Assembly: GCA_964636545.1 (NCBI GenBank)
Contig: CAZWSR010000003.1
Coordinates: 13,847-77,846, forward strand
From: Candidatus Undinarchaeota archaeon
GTDB lineage: Archaea; Undinarchaeota; Undinarchaeia; Undinarchaeales; UBA543
Direction: 5' to 3'
Length of the DNA stretch: 64,000 nt
A model generated the notes under the pieces. It saw only the letters and a program-made list of their open reading frames with translations, was not told the origin of the DNA and did not search any database. The position numbers and the translations under genes are program-made. Of the stretch, positions 49,403 to 58,520 are shown piece by piece; position 1 is the stretch's first letter, and the number at the start of each line of letters is the position of its first letter.

Positions 49403-50386
49403 ATGCAAGACAAGATTTTACAAGCAGTTCAGGAAAAAGGAGCAAAGAAGATAGGACTGCAGGTTCCAGAAGGCCTGAAGAACAAGGCAGTTGAGTGGGC
49501 ACAAGAAATTGAGAAAACTGGAGCAAAAGTTTATATTTTCGCTGATCCATGCTATGGAGCTTGTGATTTATGGGATTTTGAAGCAGACCGACTTGGTTGC
49601 GATTTGCTAATTCATGTTGGGCATTCTACAATTGGAATTGAAGAAAAAATTCCAACAGTTTACATTGAATATGAATCTGACTTGGATATTTCAAAAATTG
49701 TTGAGAAAGCTGGACAGGAAATTGAAGAAAAAAAGATTGTATTAACCACTACACTGCAACACATCAAACAACTTGATAAAATTAAAGAAATTCTGGAAAA
49801 ATCTGGAAAAGAAGTTGTTATTGGAAAAGCAGGAACTCGTTCAAAATATGATGGACAGATTCTTGGATGCGACCCAGGAGTTATTGCTGATGCAGATGCA
49901 TATCTTTACATTGGTACTGGAAACTTCCACGCAATTGAAATTGCACTTGCAACAGGCAAAAAAGTTTACATTGCTGATCCTGAGCTTGACCAAATTAGGA
50001 TTTTAGATGATGAAAAAGAGGAATTCTTAAGAAAACGATTTGCAAAAATTGAGAATGTGAAGGGGGCGCCGGGGCGCCGGGGCGCCGGGGCTCAGAAGTT
50101 CGGTATTCTGGTCAGCATAAAACCAGGTCAGAACCGAATGGACTTGGCTGAAAAACTGAAAAAGATGTGTGAAGAGAAAGGAAAGCAAGCAGAAATTCTT
50201 GTGATGGACTACATTAGCCCAGAAAAACTACTTGGATTTGGATTTGATGCATATGTAAACACAGCTTGTCCGCGAATTGCTATTGATGATTCTGGAAATT
50301 ATGACAAGCCGCTACTAACTCCGCAGGAATTAGAGATTGTTCTGGGAATTAGAGAATGGGAAAAATATAAATTAGATAGATTCTAA
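49403..50386 (+). CDS. dph2: diphthamide biosynthesis enzyme Dph2
   Basis: LQVPEGLK, CYGACD, HVGHS, GQILGC, TACPRIAIDD. Confidence 0.93.
   Translation: MQDKILQAVQEKGAKKIGLQVPEGLKNKAVEWAQEIEKTGAKVYIFADPCYGACDLWDFEADRLGCDLLIHVGHSTIGIEEKIPTVYIEYESDLDISKIVEKAGQEIEEKKIVLTTTLQHIKQLDKIKEILEKSGKEVVIGKAGTRSKYDGQILGCDPGVIADADAYLYIGTGNFHAIEIALATGKKVYIADPELDQIRILDDEKEEFLRKRFAKIENVKGAPGRRGAGAQKFGILVSIKPGQNRMDLAEKLKKMCEEKGKQAEILVMDYISPEKLLGFGFDAYVNTACPRIAIDDSGNYDKPLLTPQELEIVLGIREWEKYKLDRF
50063..50094. repeat. 8-nt array, family A, in frame inside dph2
   Basis: GGGGCGCC x3 then GGGGCTCA. Confidence 0.9.
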
Positions 50387-50395
50387 TAATAAGAT

Positions 50396-51100
50396 ATGAG
50401 TTTTGAAACTGAAAACGAAAAACTAAAACAGAATGAAGTTATTACATATGAAAGTAAGGTGAATATAAAGAATATTAAAGATGACTACGAGAAACTGATA
50501 ATCGATATTGGCGCAATTGGAGATATTGAAAAAGAAATCGGGTTTGGAAAAATACTTCTACCATGTGTTGAGCTGTCAAAGAACAAGAAATGGTTTGTAA
50601 CAGCTATTGATCTACCATTTATAACTGTAGAAGATATGATTACAGTTGAGGAATTCTGCGAAAATGATCTCCAAAAACTGAAGAGGAAGAATTTAGGTAT
50701 GAGAATTCTGGAAACAAATTACAAGACACTTCCGTTTGACACTTCAATTTTTGACAGGGTTGAGATGCATTATGTTCTTACAATTTGCGACAAAAACGCA
50801 AAGAATATTCTAAGTGAAGCTGACAGAGTCCTGAAACCAGGTGGAGTCATGATGATAAGTGGCGAGTATGGTTCACTAGTGAACTTGGATAGAAAGCAGA
50901 AAAAACTTCTACATAAGTTCATACAAAAGAAAAAATATACAAAAATAAAACCTGTGACAAAACAAGTGATGGTTAGTAACTTTGGTGAGGAGTTTGGAGA
51001 TGAGAAAGAACATCGTTTATACATGCTAAGAAAACCAGTTGAAAAAGATAAGAGAGGAATACTCAATAGTTTGAAAAAGTGGATAACTAATTGGATGTGA
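50396..51100 (+). CDS. class I SAM-dependent methyltransferase-like protein
   Basis: IIDIG, LPFDTSIFDRV, EADRVLKPGG. Confidence 0.7.
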   Translation: MSFETENEKLKQNEVITYESKVNIKNIKDDYEKLIIDIGAIGDIEKEIGFGKILLPCVELSKNKKWFVTAIDLPFITVEDMITVEEFCENDLQKLKRKNLGMRILETNYKTLPFDTSIFDRVEMHYVLTICDKNAKNILSEADRVLKPGGVMMISGEYGSLVNLDRKQKKLLHKFIQKKKYTKIKPVTKQVMVSNFGEEFGDEKEHRLYMLRKPVEKDKRGILNSLKKWITNWM

Positions 51101-51130
51101 AAATTATAAATTGGACCGATTTTAAGCCAA

Positions 51131-51158
51131 TTACCTACCACCCACTACCCACTACCTG
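51131..51158. repeat. 7-nt array, family B (half element)
   Basis: TTACCTA CCACCCA CTACCCA CTACCTG. Confidence 0.8.
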
Positions 51159-51211
51159 AACCAATTGGATAAACTTATAAACACCCAAAAACTCAGAATA
51201 GAGGTAATAAA

Positions 51212-51484
51212 ATGGAACTAAAAATTTTAAAAGATGAAAAAGACCTTCTTGAGGTTGAACTTGTTGGAGAAACACACACTCTAACAAATGTACTGAAAGA
51301 TATTTGTAATGAAGATAAGAGTATTGACAGTGCATCATACAGAGTGGATCACCCAATGACATCCAACCCAATTCTAGTTATTAGAACAAAAACAGGTTCA
51401 CCAAAAACTGCAGTGAAGAAAGCAGCAGCAGCACTAGAAAAAATCGCAGCTGACTTTGGAAGCAAGTTCAAAAAATCTATATAA
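51212..51484 (+). CDS. rpoL: RNA polymerase subunit Rpo11 (RpoL)
   Basis: GETHTLTNVL, ASYRVDHP. Confidence 0.93.
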   Translation: MELKILKDEKDLLEVELVGETHTLTNVLKDICNEDKSIDSASYRVDHPMTSNPILVIRTKTGSPKTAVKKAAAALEKIAADFGSKFKKSI

Positions 51485-51524
51485 ACTGTAATAACTAATT
51501 CTTACAAAGCTGGGGAAGATTATT

Positions 51525-52052
51525 TTGAAAATAAAACTTAGCAAAAAGACAAAGAGCTTTTTAGAAACGCTTGCATATATTTTCATAGGTTACCTAATCG
51601 CTGTTGGAGCAAACAAAGGAATGTCAATGGCAATGCACACAGACTACCCAGTTGTTGCTGTTGTTTCAAGTAGTATGGAACATGACGATCCCATTAGTTA
51701 TGAAACATGGTTTATTGATAGAAAATATGATGAGGCAGATAGAGAAGAATGGGATTTTGGAAGAGGAATCAACAAAGGAGATATAGTTTTTGTTAATGGG
51801 GTTCCATTAGAAGAGATTGGTAGCGGAGATGTAATAGTTTACAAATCAGGCAATATGGAGCCGATAATCCATAGAGTTATTGAAGTCACAGATGATGGAT
51901 TAAGAACAAAAGGTGACAATAACATGGATGTTGATCAGGATGATAGTATTCCAATTGTAACACAAGGGGCTTTGCAAGGAAGAGCAGTTTTCCGAGTTCC
52001 AATGTTAGGTTATGTTAAAATCGCGTTTATGAAAATTACAGGGAGGAGCTAG
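51525..52052 (+). CDS. signal peptidase I (Sec11 type)
   Basis: VVSSSM, GDIV, PIIHRV, TKGDNN, VPMLGY. Confidence 0.9.
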   Translation: MKIKLSKKTKSFLETLAYIFIGYLIAVGANKGMSMAMHTDYPVVAVVSSSMEHDDPISYETWFIDRKYDEADREEWDFGRGINKGDIVFVNGVPLEEIGSGDVIVYKSGNMEPIIHRVIEVTDDGLRTKGDNNMDVDQDDSIPIVTQGALQGRAVFRVPMLGYVKIAFMKITGRS

Positions 52053-52131
52053 AACAGGTGTCAGGTAACAGGGATCAGGGTTCAGGATAACAGTTCCTGA
52101 TACCCGATGCCCGAACCCCGATACCTTTAAC
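52052..52131. repeat. inverted 7-nt arrays (hairpin), family C
   Basis: GTGTCAG GTAACAG GGATCAG GGTTCAG gataacagttc CTGATAC CCGATGC CCGAACC CCGATAC. Confidence 0.88.
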
Positions 52132-52135
52132 CAAA

Positions 52136-52462
52136 ATGCAATTCTGTCCAAAATGTGGTGCAATGATGCAACCGCGTGAAAAAAAAGGAACTGATGACAT
52201 GGAGCTTGTCTGCCCAAAGTGCAAATATGTTGAAGGCGCTGATGAAGATGCTCACACAAGCACAGAAGTTCAGGAGAAAGTTGAAGAAGTTGCAGTTATT
52301 GATGAAAACTCAGTTGCACTGCCAAAAACCGATAATGAGTGCCAGAAATGCCACAATAAGAAAGCGTACTGGTGGCTTGAGCAAACAAGATCTGCTGACG
52401 AAGCACCTACTAGATTTTACAGATGCACAAAGTGCGGAAATACTTGGCGGGAATATAGTTAG
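52136..52462 (+). CDS. tfs: transcription factor S (TFS)
   Basis: FCPKCG, second zinc ribbon with QTRSADEAPTRFYRC. Confidence 0.93.
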   Translation: MQFCPKCGAMMQPREKKGTDDMELVCPKCKYVEGADEDAHTSTEVQEKVEEVAVIDENSVALPKTDNECQKCHNKKAYWWLEQTRSADEAPTRFYRCTKCGNTWREYS

Positions 52463-52466
52463 TTCC

Positions 52467-52518
52467 GTGAATCCGGGGCTCCGCAGGGCCGTACGGCGCT
52501 CCGGCTCCACGAATTCAC
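52467..52518. repeat. inverted GC-rich 8-nt arrays (hairpin), family A
   Basis: GTGAATCC GGGGCTCC GCAGGGCC gta CGGCGCTC CGGCTCCA CGAATTCA. Confidence 0.88.
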
Positions 52519-52580
52519 TGAAACAGAGATACACGATACATTTATAAGTTCAAAACAATTACTCCAAACTTGATGTTAAA

Positions 52581-52778
52581 ATGGCTTCAATAAAACACTC
52601 AAAAGTATGGGAATCAATGCTCGTTGCAGGCGGAATAGTTTTCGCCTTCGGGATGATCTGGGGCGCGTTTCTGATGGCAAAGCGGTTCACTGAAGCGCAA
52701 GGCGCACTTGTTCTGGTAGTTATTGGAATAATATTACTTGTAATGTCAGAATCAATATTGATAAGCTTCAAAAAGTGA
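52581..52778 (+). CDS. small two-TM membrane protein
   Basis: 65 aa, two hydrophobic segments, TTTATAA upstream. Confidence 0.6.
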   Translation: MASIKHSKVWESMLVAGGIVFAFGMIWGAFLMAKRFTEAQGALVLVVIGIILLVMSESILISFKK

Positions 52779-52779
52779 A

Positions 52780-53082
52780 ATGGACAAACCTAGAAGAGCA
52801 CCAGCTGTAGAGAAGAGCATTCCAGAGGTTACTGAAACGGATATTAAAATCCGTGTGATAGGGCGAGTTATTAAACCGGATGATAGTGGTTTCACGCTTG
52901 AGTATGACAAAAACAGCATAAAAGTAGATACTCAAGAAAATCATAAAGAAGGAACACTCGTACGGGTTTTTGGCAGACCAACGAACATGAATAATGAGCT
53001 AGTACTTAGCTCAGAACTCATTCAGGACATAAACTCCATGGATGAAAAGGTATATAAGAAGATTAAGACACAAGGGTTATGA
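52780..53082 (+). CDS. replication protein A small subunit (RPA14/RPA3-like OB fold)
   Basis: RRAPAVEK.I.E, IRVIGRVI, VRVFGR, ELIQD resemble Thermococcales RPA14. Confidence 0.75.
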   Translation: MDKPRRAPAVEKSIPEVTETDIKIRVIGRVIKPDDSGFTLEYDKNSIKVDTQENHKEGTLVRVFGRPTNMNNELVLSSELIQDINSMDEKVYKKIKTQGL

Positions 53083-53333
53083 TGAAAAAGCAATACGCAA
53101 TAATATTAGTTGCAGTTCTTGTCATGATGATGACAATGAGCGCTGTTTACGCACGAACAAGCAAAGACGAAGAAGGAGAATGTGTAAACCAGCCAACCAA
53201 GGCATTCGGTCTTGACATGGTTACAGAAAGCGCAGTCTACCTGTTCTCAGGCGGACTTGGACCATTATTAATGGTTGGCCTTATCGTTGTGATAACTGCA
53301 ATAATTTCATACTTTGCCTTTAACGGATTTTAG
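53079..53333 (+). CDS. small exported or membrane protein
   Basis: Signal-like N-terminus and C-terminal TM segment. Confidence 0.55.
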   Translation: MMKKQYAIILVAVLVMMMTMSAVYARTSKDEEGECVNQPTKAFGLDMVTESAVYLFSGGLGPLLMVGLIVVITAIISYFAFNGF

Positions 53334-53409
53334 TTGAGTTAAACTACATACCGTAGAGGCATGTCCTATTTGGGAATGGGATTAATATTATACAGAGGGA
53401 GAGAGATTA

Positions 53410-54162
53410 ATGGCGAAGAAATTCAAAGCAGTAATACAAGATTCAGAATTGTTAAAGGACAGCATAAATGCTGTTTCTAACTTGCTCAATGAAGGAGTTT
53501 TCAGAGTAACTAAGAACGGAATGGAGCTTACTAGCATGGACTCCGCAAATGTTGCAATGGTTGACATGAAAATTCTTTCAAGTGCTTTTTCAGAATTTAC
53601 TGTTGAAGAAGATGTTGGAATTGGAGTTAATATTGTAGAGTTCACAAATATTTTGAAAAGAGCAAAAGCAACTGACACAATTACTTTGGAACTGGAAGAC
53701 AATACTTTACATATTTCATTTGCAGGCGGATTTAATAGAGCTTTCAAAGTTCCGTTATTGGATTTGAAACACGAAGCAAAAACACCAAATCTTGAGTTCC
53801 CAGTTGATGTTCAGATTAGAAGTGTTATTTTGGAAGACGGTATTAGCGATGCTGAATTGATTTCAGATGCAGTAACACTTGAAGCAGATCCTGATAATTT
53901 TATAATGAGGACTGAAGGTGATTCAAGAAAAGCTGAATTGAAACTTGAAAAAGGAAATGACGCACTTGTTGGTTTGAATGCAAAAGATCATGTGAAGAGC
54001 ACTTTTCCACTTGATTATTTGAGAAAGATGTCAAAAGCAGCTAAATTAGCTGACTCAGTTACAATTAAACTTGGAAATGATTATCCAATGCGAATGGACT
54101 TTACAGTTGTTGATAAAGTTCAATTAGGATTTGTTTTGGCTCCTAGGATAGAATCAGAATAA
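53410..54162 (+). CDS. pcn: DNA polymerase sliding clamp PCNA
   Basis: MDSANVAMV, GVN...ILKRA, DYPMR, FVLAPRIE. Confidence 0.96.
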   Translation: MAKKFKAVIQDSELLKDSINAVSNLLNEGVFRVTKNGMELTSMDSANVAMVDMKILSSAFSEFTVEEDVGIGVNIVEFTNILKRAKATDTITLELEDNTLHISFAGGFNRAFKVPLLDLKHEAKTPNLEFPVDVQIRSVILEDGISDAELISDAVTLEADPDNFIMRTEGDSRKAELKLEKGNDALVGLNAKDHVKSTFPLDYLRKMSKAAKLADSVTIKLGNDYPMRMDFTVVDKVQLGFVLAPRIESE

Positions 54163-54231
54163 AACAACTCGATAAACTCACAAGAGTTAATGAAGAGTTA
54201 TATACGGCTAAGCACATCTATTTTTAGAAAG

Positions 54232-54265
54232 TTTTAAATACTATAGCAAGCTATAGTGAGCTATA
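54232..54265 (+). promoter_or_regulatory. TATA box and palindromic operator of the TA operon
   Basis: TTTAAATA followed by ACTATAGC-AA-GCTATAGT (54240-54257) and a further GCTATA just before ATG. Confidence 0.6.
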
Positions 54266-54514
54266 ATGACTCCAACAACAATTCAACTTGACACAAACAC
54301 AAAACATCGTCTTGACGAGCTTAAGCCTTATCCAAGAGCGACTTATGATGAGGTGGTAGTTCAGCTAATACAAGTTTCTGAAAATCTTAGTAAGGAACCT
54401 GAACTGAAGGAGAAAGTTATGCAAGATATCAAAGAAGCAAGAAAGAATTTTCAGCTTGGAAAAACAATAAGTACAGATGAACTTTTGAAGGAACTTGGTA
54501 TTAATGACTTATGA
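54266..54514 (+). CDS. antitoxin (RHH-like)
   Basis: TTIQL...K.RL..LK.YPR.TYDEV, C-terminal DELLKELG; overlaps the toxin gene. Confidence 0.8.
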   Translation: MTPTTIQLDTNTKHRLDELKPYPRATYDEVVVQLIQVSENLSKEPELKEKVMQDIKEARKNFQLGKTISTDELLKELGINDL

Positions 54515-54761
54515 AATCGTGTGGGATCCTAAAACAAAAAAATGTCTCAAAAAACTAGAAACAAAATGGATTAGAGAAATTATTAGAAAAGTTCGTGAAT
54601 GTGCTGAAAACCCGTTTCTTTACCTGAAAAAACTAAAAGGAGATAACGGATGGCGGTTACGTGTCGGTGATTTTAGAGTTATTATTGACATATATTCAGC
54701 AGAAAATAAAATGAATATTACAACATTAGGCCACAGGAAGGATATTTACAAAGAAGTGTAG
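54504..54761 (+). CDS. RelE/ParE family toxin
   Basis: KKLKG..WRLRVGDFRVI, LGHRKDIY. Confidence 0.9.
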   Translation: MTYEIVWDPKTKKCLKKLETKWIREIIRKVRECAENPFLYLKKLKGDNGWRLRVGDFRVIIDIYSAENKMNITTLGHRKDIYKEV

Positions 54762-54833
54762 AGTTTTGGCGCCACGGATTGAAAGTGAGTAAGGAAACTG
54801 TTTTATATTGAAAAAACGAAAGTATTTACTCAT

Positions 54834-56333
54834 ATGAATGATCGAATAAAATATTTTCTAGTGAAAGAGCTGAAAAAAATCGGAATTGTAAAAGAGCATG
54901 TGTGGGTTCATGCAAAACTGCATGAGAAAACAGTTAACAGACTACTTGAGAGAACACCAGAAGAAATTCTTGAAAATCCTGAAATAACACAAGAAGAGTT
55001 TAAAGTAGTTCAAGAAGAGCTTGATAAAATTAGGAATTCTTACACCACAAAATATTACGAGTATTTTGTTGCAAAAGCTCTTCAAAGGGCAGGGATTTCG
55101 CTAAAAACAGCATCCACATTAAGAAATATAAAATATGCTACAATCATTACCTGGTATACAAACAGGTCTAAACCAAAAGGGATTGTTGAAAATTTTTACA
55201 ATAAGGAGCGGATACGATGTGCAGTTAATTATTGTAGAAGAAAAATCAAGAAAAAGAGGCTGGGCGAGAATTTGAAGTATTTTATTTTCAGAGAGGTGTA
55301 TACAAAATATGAAGTAGCATATGAGAGAATAGCAAAAGAACTTGGGATTACTGGAGACCGTGCAGGCCACTGGGCAAGCGGCGACAGGAAAGCTCATTTG
55401 GAGAAGTTTAGAAGAGATTATGAAAAAGATATTGAGCCATATGTCTTGGAAATTAGAGAGACTCTGACCAGAGAAGGAATAACATACTTCCTTGCAATGG
55501 AAATGAAGAAATACAAAATTGTTCCAACAATCGTGGACAAGTATTTGGGTATAAACAATTCAGCGAATTGGACTCAAGTAGGAAGAGTGAAAATAAAGGT
55601 GTATCCAAAAGTCAAGGTGCAATCAATAATTGATGAAGAGATTGTCCCCCTTAAGAAAAGATATACAGAAGACAATAAGGATTATTTTATTGTGATGAGG
55701 ATGATGGAGTATGGATATCCTGTGTATAAGATAAGAAACAAAACAGGGTTGGGTGAGAGTAAGATAAGAGGGTGGATGAAGCTGGGAAGAAAACCTGTCT
55801 ATTTCAGAGAAGATTTCATAGATAAAGAATACTTGAAAGAAGAAATCCTGAAAAAGCTTGATAAGGAAAAATACAAGTTTGATGTAGAAGATATAAACAA
55901 AATTTCATTGAAGAGGAAAGAGGTTACAAATGGAGAACTTGAAACCTTCTTGAAAAAATGTGATGAAAAAAAGATAGATAGGAAAAAAGTTCTAAAATAC
56001 ATAACAAATAATTACAACTACAAAAAAATAGGACCAGGAATTAGTCAACTTCTACTATTTTATTACATTAAGAAAAGTGGGGGGGAGGGAAAGTGGGTTG
56101 GAAACAACGCAGTTGCAAATGAGATTGCTCAAGTGTTCAGCAGGATTTTGTTCAGAATGTCTATGGATATAACTTGGGAAAACTGTACTAAGCAGATAAG
56201 TAACCACTCTATTAGTCATTTAGCAAGAAACCTAACAAGAGGAGAAGCAGACTTCCTGCTAAGGCTTGATGAGATATATAGTATTGTTAAGAAGAAAACA
56301 GCTAATAAAGTACCTTACAGAAGACCTCTTTAA
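54834..56333 (+). CDS. hypothetical protein with five tandem HTH-like repeats
   Basis: Repeated YF...(G).....I...LG.......W....R.K units. Confidence 0.65.
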   Translation: MNDRIKYFLVKELKKIGIVKEHVWVHAKLHEKTVNRLLERTPEEILENPEITQEEFKVVQEELDKIRNSYTTKYYEYFVAKALQRAGISLKTASTLRNIKYATIITWYTNRSKPKGIVENFYNKERIRCAVNYCRRKIKKKRLGENLKYFIFREVYTKYEVAYERIAKELGITGDRAGHWASGDRKAHLEKFRRDYEKDIEPYVLEIRETLTREGITYFLAMEMKKYKIVPTIVDKYLGINNSANWTQVGRVKIKVYPKVKVQSIIDEEIVPLKKRYTEDNKDYFIVMRMMEYGYPVYKIRNKTGLGESKIRGWMKLGRKPVYFREDFIDKEYLKEEILKKLDKEKYKFDVEDINKISLKRKEVTNGELETFLKKCDEKKIDRKKVLKYITNNYNYKKIGPGISQLLLFYYIKKSGGEGKWVGNNAVANEIAQVFSRILFRMSMDITWENCTKQISNHSISHLARNLTRGEADFLLRLDEIYSIVKKKTANKVPYRRPL

Positions 56334-56375
56334 GAAGTAGAAACTATTTTATAATCCAATACTAATCATTTTATC

Positions 56376-57239
56376 ATGGATATTCCACACAACTTTCTTG
56401 GACTGCCTGAACAATTTTCACACTGGCAAGGTTCAAAAATAGTTGTACTTCCTGTTGCTTATGGCGGAGAACCTGTTTGGGGAGCTGGAGCTGAGAAAGG
56501 ACCTGATGCAATACTTGAAGCTAGCAAGAACATGGAGCCGTATGACGAAGTTCTCAAACAAAATACTGCAATAAATGTTATTCACACTGGCCACACTATT
56601 GAAGATGATAAGCCAGAAACAGTTATTAGAAAAGTGCAAGACAAAGTTACTCTTGTTGCAGGTGCAAATAAGTTTCCAGTAATTATTGGCGGAGATCATT
56701 CAATAACTCCAGGAGCAGTTGCTGCTTTGAAAGAATATTATCCAGACATGAGTGTTCTTCAATTAGATGCGCATGCTGACATGTGGGACAAATACAAAGA
56801 TAGTGCAAATTCGCCTGCTTGCGTAATGACAAATATTCGCAAAATGAAAATTCCAGCAGTTCAAGTTGGTATTAGAAGTTTGAGTGAGGATGAAGAAGCA
56901 CTTATCAAAAAACACAATTATGATATTTTCTATGCTCATGAAATGAAAACCTGCAAGAGTTGGCAGGAAAAAGCTTTGAAAGGACTTGGAAATGATGTTT
57001 ACATTACACTTGATTTAGATGTGCTGGATCCAAGTATTATGCCAGCTACTGGAACACCTGAGCCAGGTGGGATGTTGTGGGATGAGATTTTAGAGTTTTT
57101 GGAGCTTGTTTTTAAGAGAAGGAATGTTATTGGTTTTGATATTACTGAATTAAGCCCGATAGAAGGGATGGTTGCTCCTGATTTTTTAGCTGCTAAATTA
57201 GCTTACAGGATGATGGGGTTGAAGTTTAGAGAACAATAA
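56376..57239 (+). CDS. speB: agmatinase
   Basis: GGDHSI, DAHAD, DLDVLDP..PATGTPEPGG. Confidence 0.92.
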   Translation: MDIPHNFLGLPEQFSHWQGSKIVVLPVAYGGEPVWGAGAEKGPDAILEASKNMEPYDEVLKQNTAINVIHTGHTIEDDKPETVIRKVQDKVTLVAGANKFPVIIGGDHSITPGAVAALKEYYPDMSVLQLDAHADMWDKYKDSANSPACVMTNIRKMKIPAVQVGIRSLSEDEEALIKKHNYDIFYAHEMKTCKSWQEKALKGLGNDVYITLDLDVLDPSIMPATGTPEPGGMLWDEILEFLELVFKRRNVIGFDITELSPIEGMVAPDFLAAKLAYRMMGLKFREQ

Positions 57240-57299
57240 AACCCTGTATAGAACAATTTTAAGAAACCCTTAAATACCTAGTATTGTAGAAATAGGATA

Positions 57300-57365
57300 A
57301 GTTATTAGTAGTTCGTTATTCGTCTTTCGTAAACTAAAAACGAACAACCAATAACGAAAAACGAG
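57300..57365. repeat. inverted 7-nt arrays (hairpin), family E
   Basis: TAGTAGT TCGTTAT TCGTCTT TCGT AAACTAA AAACGAA CAACCAA TAACGAA AAACGAG. Confidence 0.85.
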
Positions 57366-57371
57366 TATAAA

Positions 57372-58469
57372 ATGACTAAAACAACTATTTCAGTAATTAA
57401 AGCAGATGTGGGCAGTTTACCTGGCCATGTTGAAGCCCCAGAACAGCTAATACAGGTTTGTGACGAGCACCTGAACAAAGCTGTAGAGGATGGTGTAATC
57501 AATGATTACTACCTAACCCGCTGTGGTGACGATATTGAATTCATAATGTCTCACTTTAAAGGTGTTGACAATGAAGAAGTTCACAAGCTTGCTTGGGACG
57601 GATTCAATAAAGCTGCTAATAAAGCAAAAGAATTGAAGCTTTACGGAGCAGGACAGGATCTTTTGAAAGACGCTTTTTCAGGAAATGTTAAGGGAATGGG
57701 CCCTGGTGTTGCTGAAATGGAGTTTGAGGAAAGGGGTTCAGACCCAATTATTGTTTTTTGCGCTGACAAAACAGAGCCAGCTGCATTTAATTTGCCAATG
57801 TACAAGATTTTCGCAGATGCATTCAATACTGCAGGACTCGTAATTGACCCAAATATTCATGACGGTTTCACATTTGAAGTTCATGACATTAAGAAAGGTA
57901 AGAAAATCATGATAGACACTCCAGAGGAAGTTTATGATTTGCTTTCACTTATTGGAACAACCCCAACTTATGTTGTTAAGAGAGTTTTCAGAAAGAAAGA
58001 TAAGGAAATCGCTGCAGTTGTTTGCACTGAAAAACTATCACATATTGCTGGAAAATATGTTGGAAAAGACGACCCAGTCGCAATTGTGCGATGCCAGAGC
58101 GGATTCCCAGCTGTTGGTGAAGTTATTGAACCATTCACATTCCCGCACTTAGTTGCTGGATTTATGCGAGGCTCACACCGAGGACCTTTAATGCCTGTTT
58201 CTGAACAAGATGCAGTAATTGGTCGTTTTGACGGACCACCACGAATTATTGCACTTGGATTCCAAATCTGCAACGGCAAACTTATCGGACCAAAGGATTT
58301 GTTTGCAGATATTTCATTTAACAATGCAAGGAAGAAAGCTAATGACATTTCTGATTACATGCGAAGACACGGTCCTTTTGAACCACATAGGTTGTCTGCA
58401 GAAGAAATGGAATACAGTACTTTGCCAGATATTGTTGAGAAGATGAAAGATAGGTTTTCAGATATTTGA
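57372..58469 (+). CDS. fbp: fructose-1,6-bisphosphate aldolase/phosphatase (class V)
   Basis: IKADVGS.PGH, YGAGQDLL, DKTEP, YVGKDDP, MRGSH, GPFEPHRL. Confidence 0.96.
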   Translation: MTKTTISVIKADVGSLPGHVEAPEQLIQVCDEHLNKAVEDGVINDYYLTRCGDDIEFIMSHFKGVDNEEVHKLAWDGFNKAANKAKELKLYGAGQDLLKDAFSGNVKGMGPGVAEMEFEERGSDPIIVFCADKTEPAAFNLPMYKIFADAFNTAGLVIDPNIHDGFTFEVHDIKKGKKIMIDTPEEVYDLLSLIGTTPTYVVKRVFRKKDKEIAAVVCTEKLSHIAGKYVGKDDPVAIVRCQSGFPAVGEVIEPFTFPHLVAGFMRGSHRGPLMPVSEQDAVIGRFDGPPRIIALGFQICNGKLIGPKDLFADISFNNARKKANDISDYMRRHGPFEPHRLSAEEMEYSTLPDIVEKMKDRFSDI

Positions 58470-58520
58470 GAACCTGAAAGAATTTAAACAACAGAATTAC
58501 TAGTTTAATCGGGAGAGGGA

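Noticed and set aside
54163-54205. AACTC/GAGTT weak inverted repeat after pcn
   Set aside because: Irregular period and weak pairing; cannot be separated from chance.
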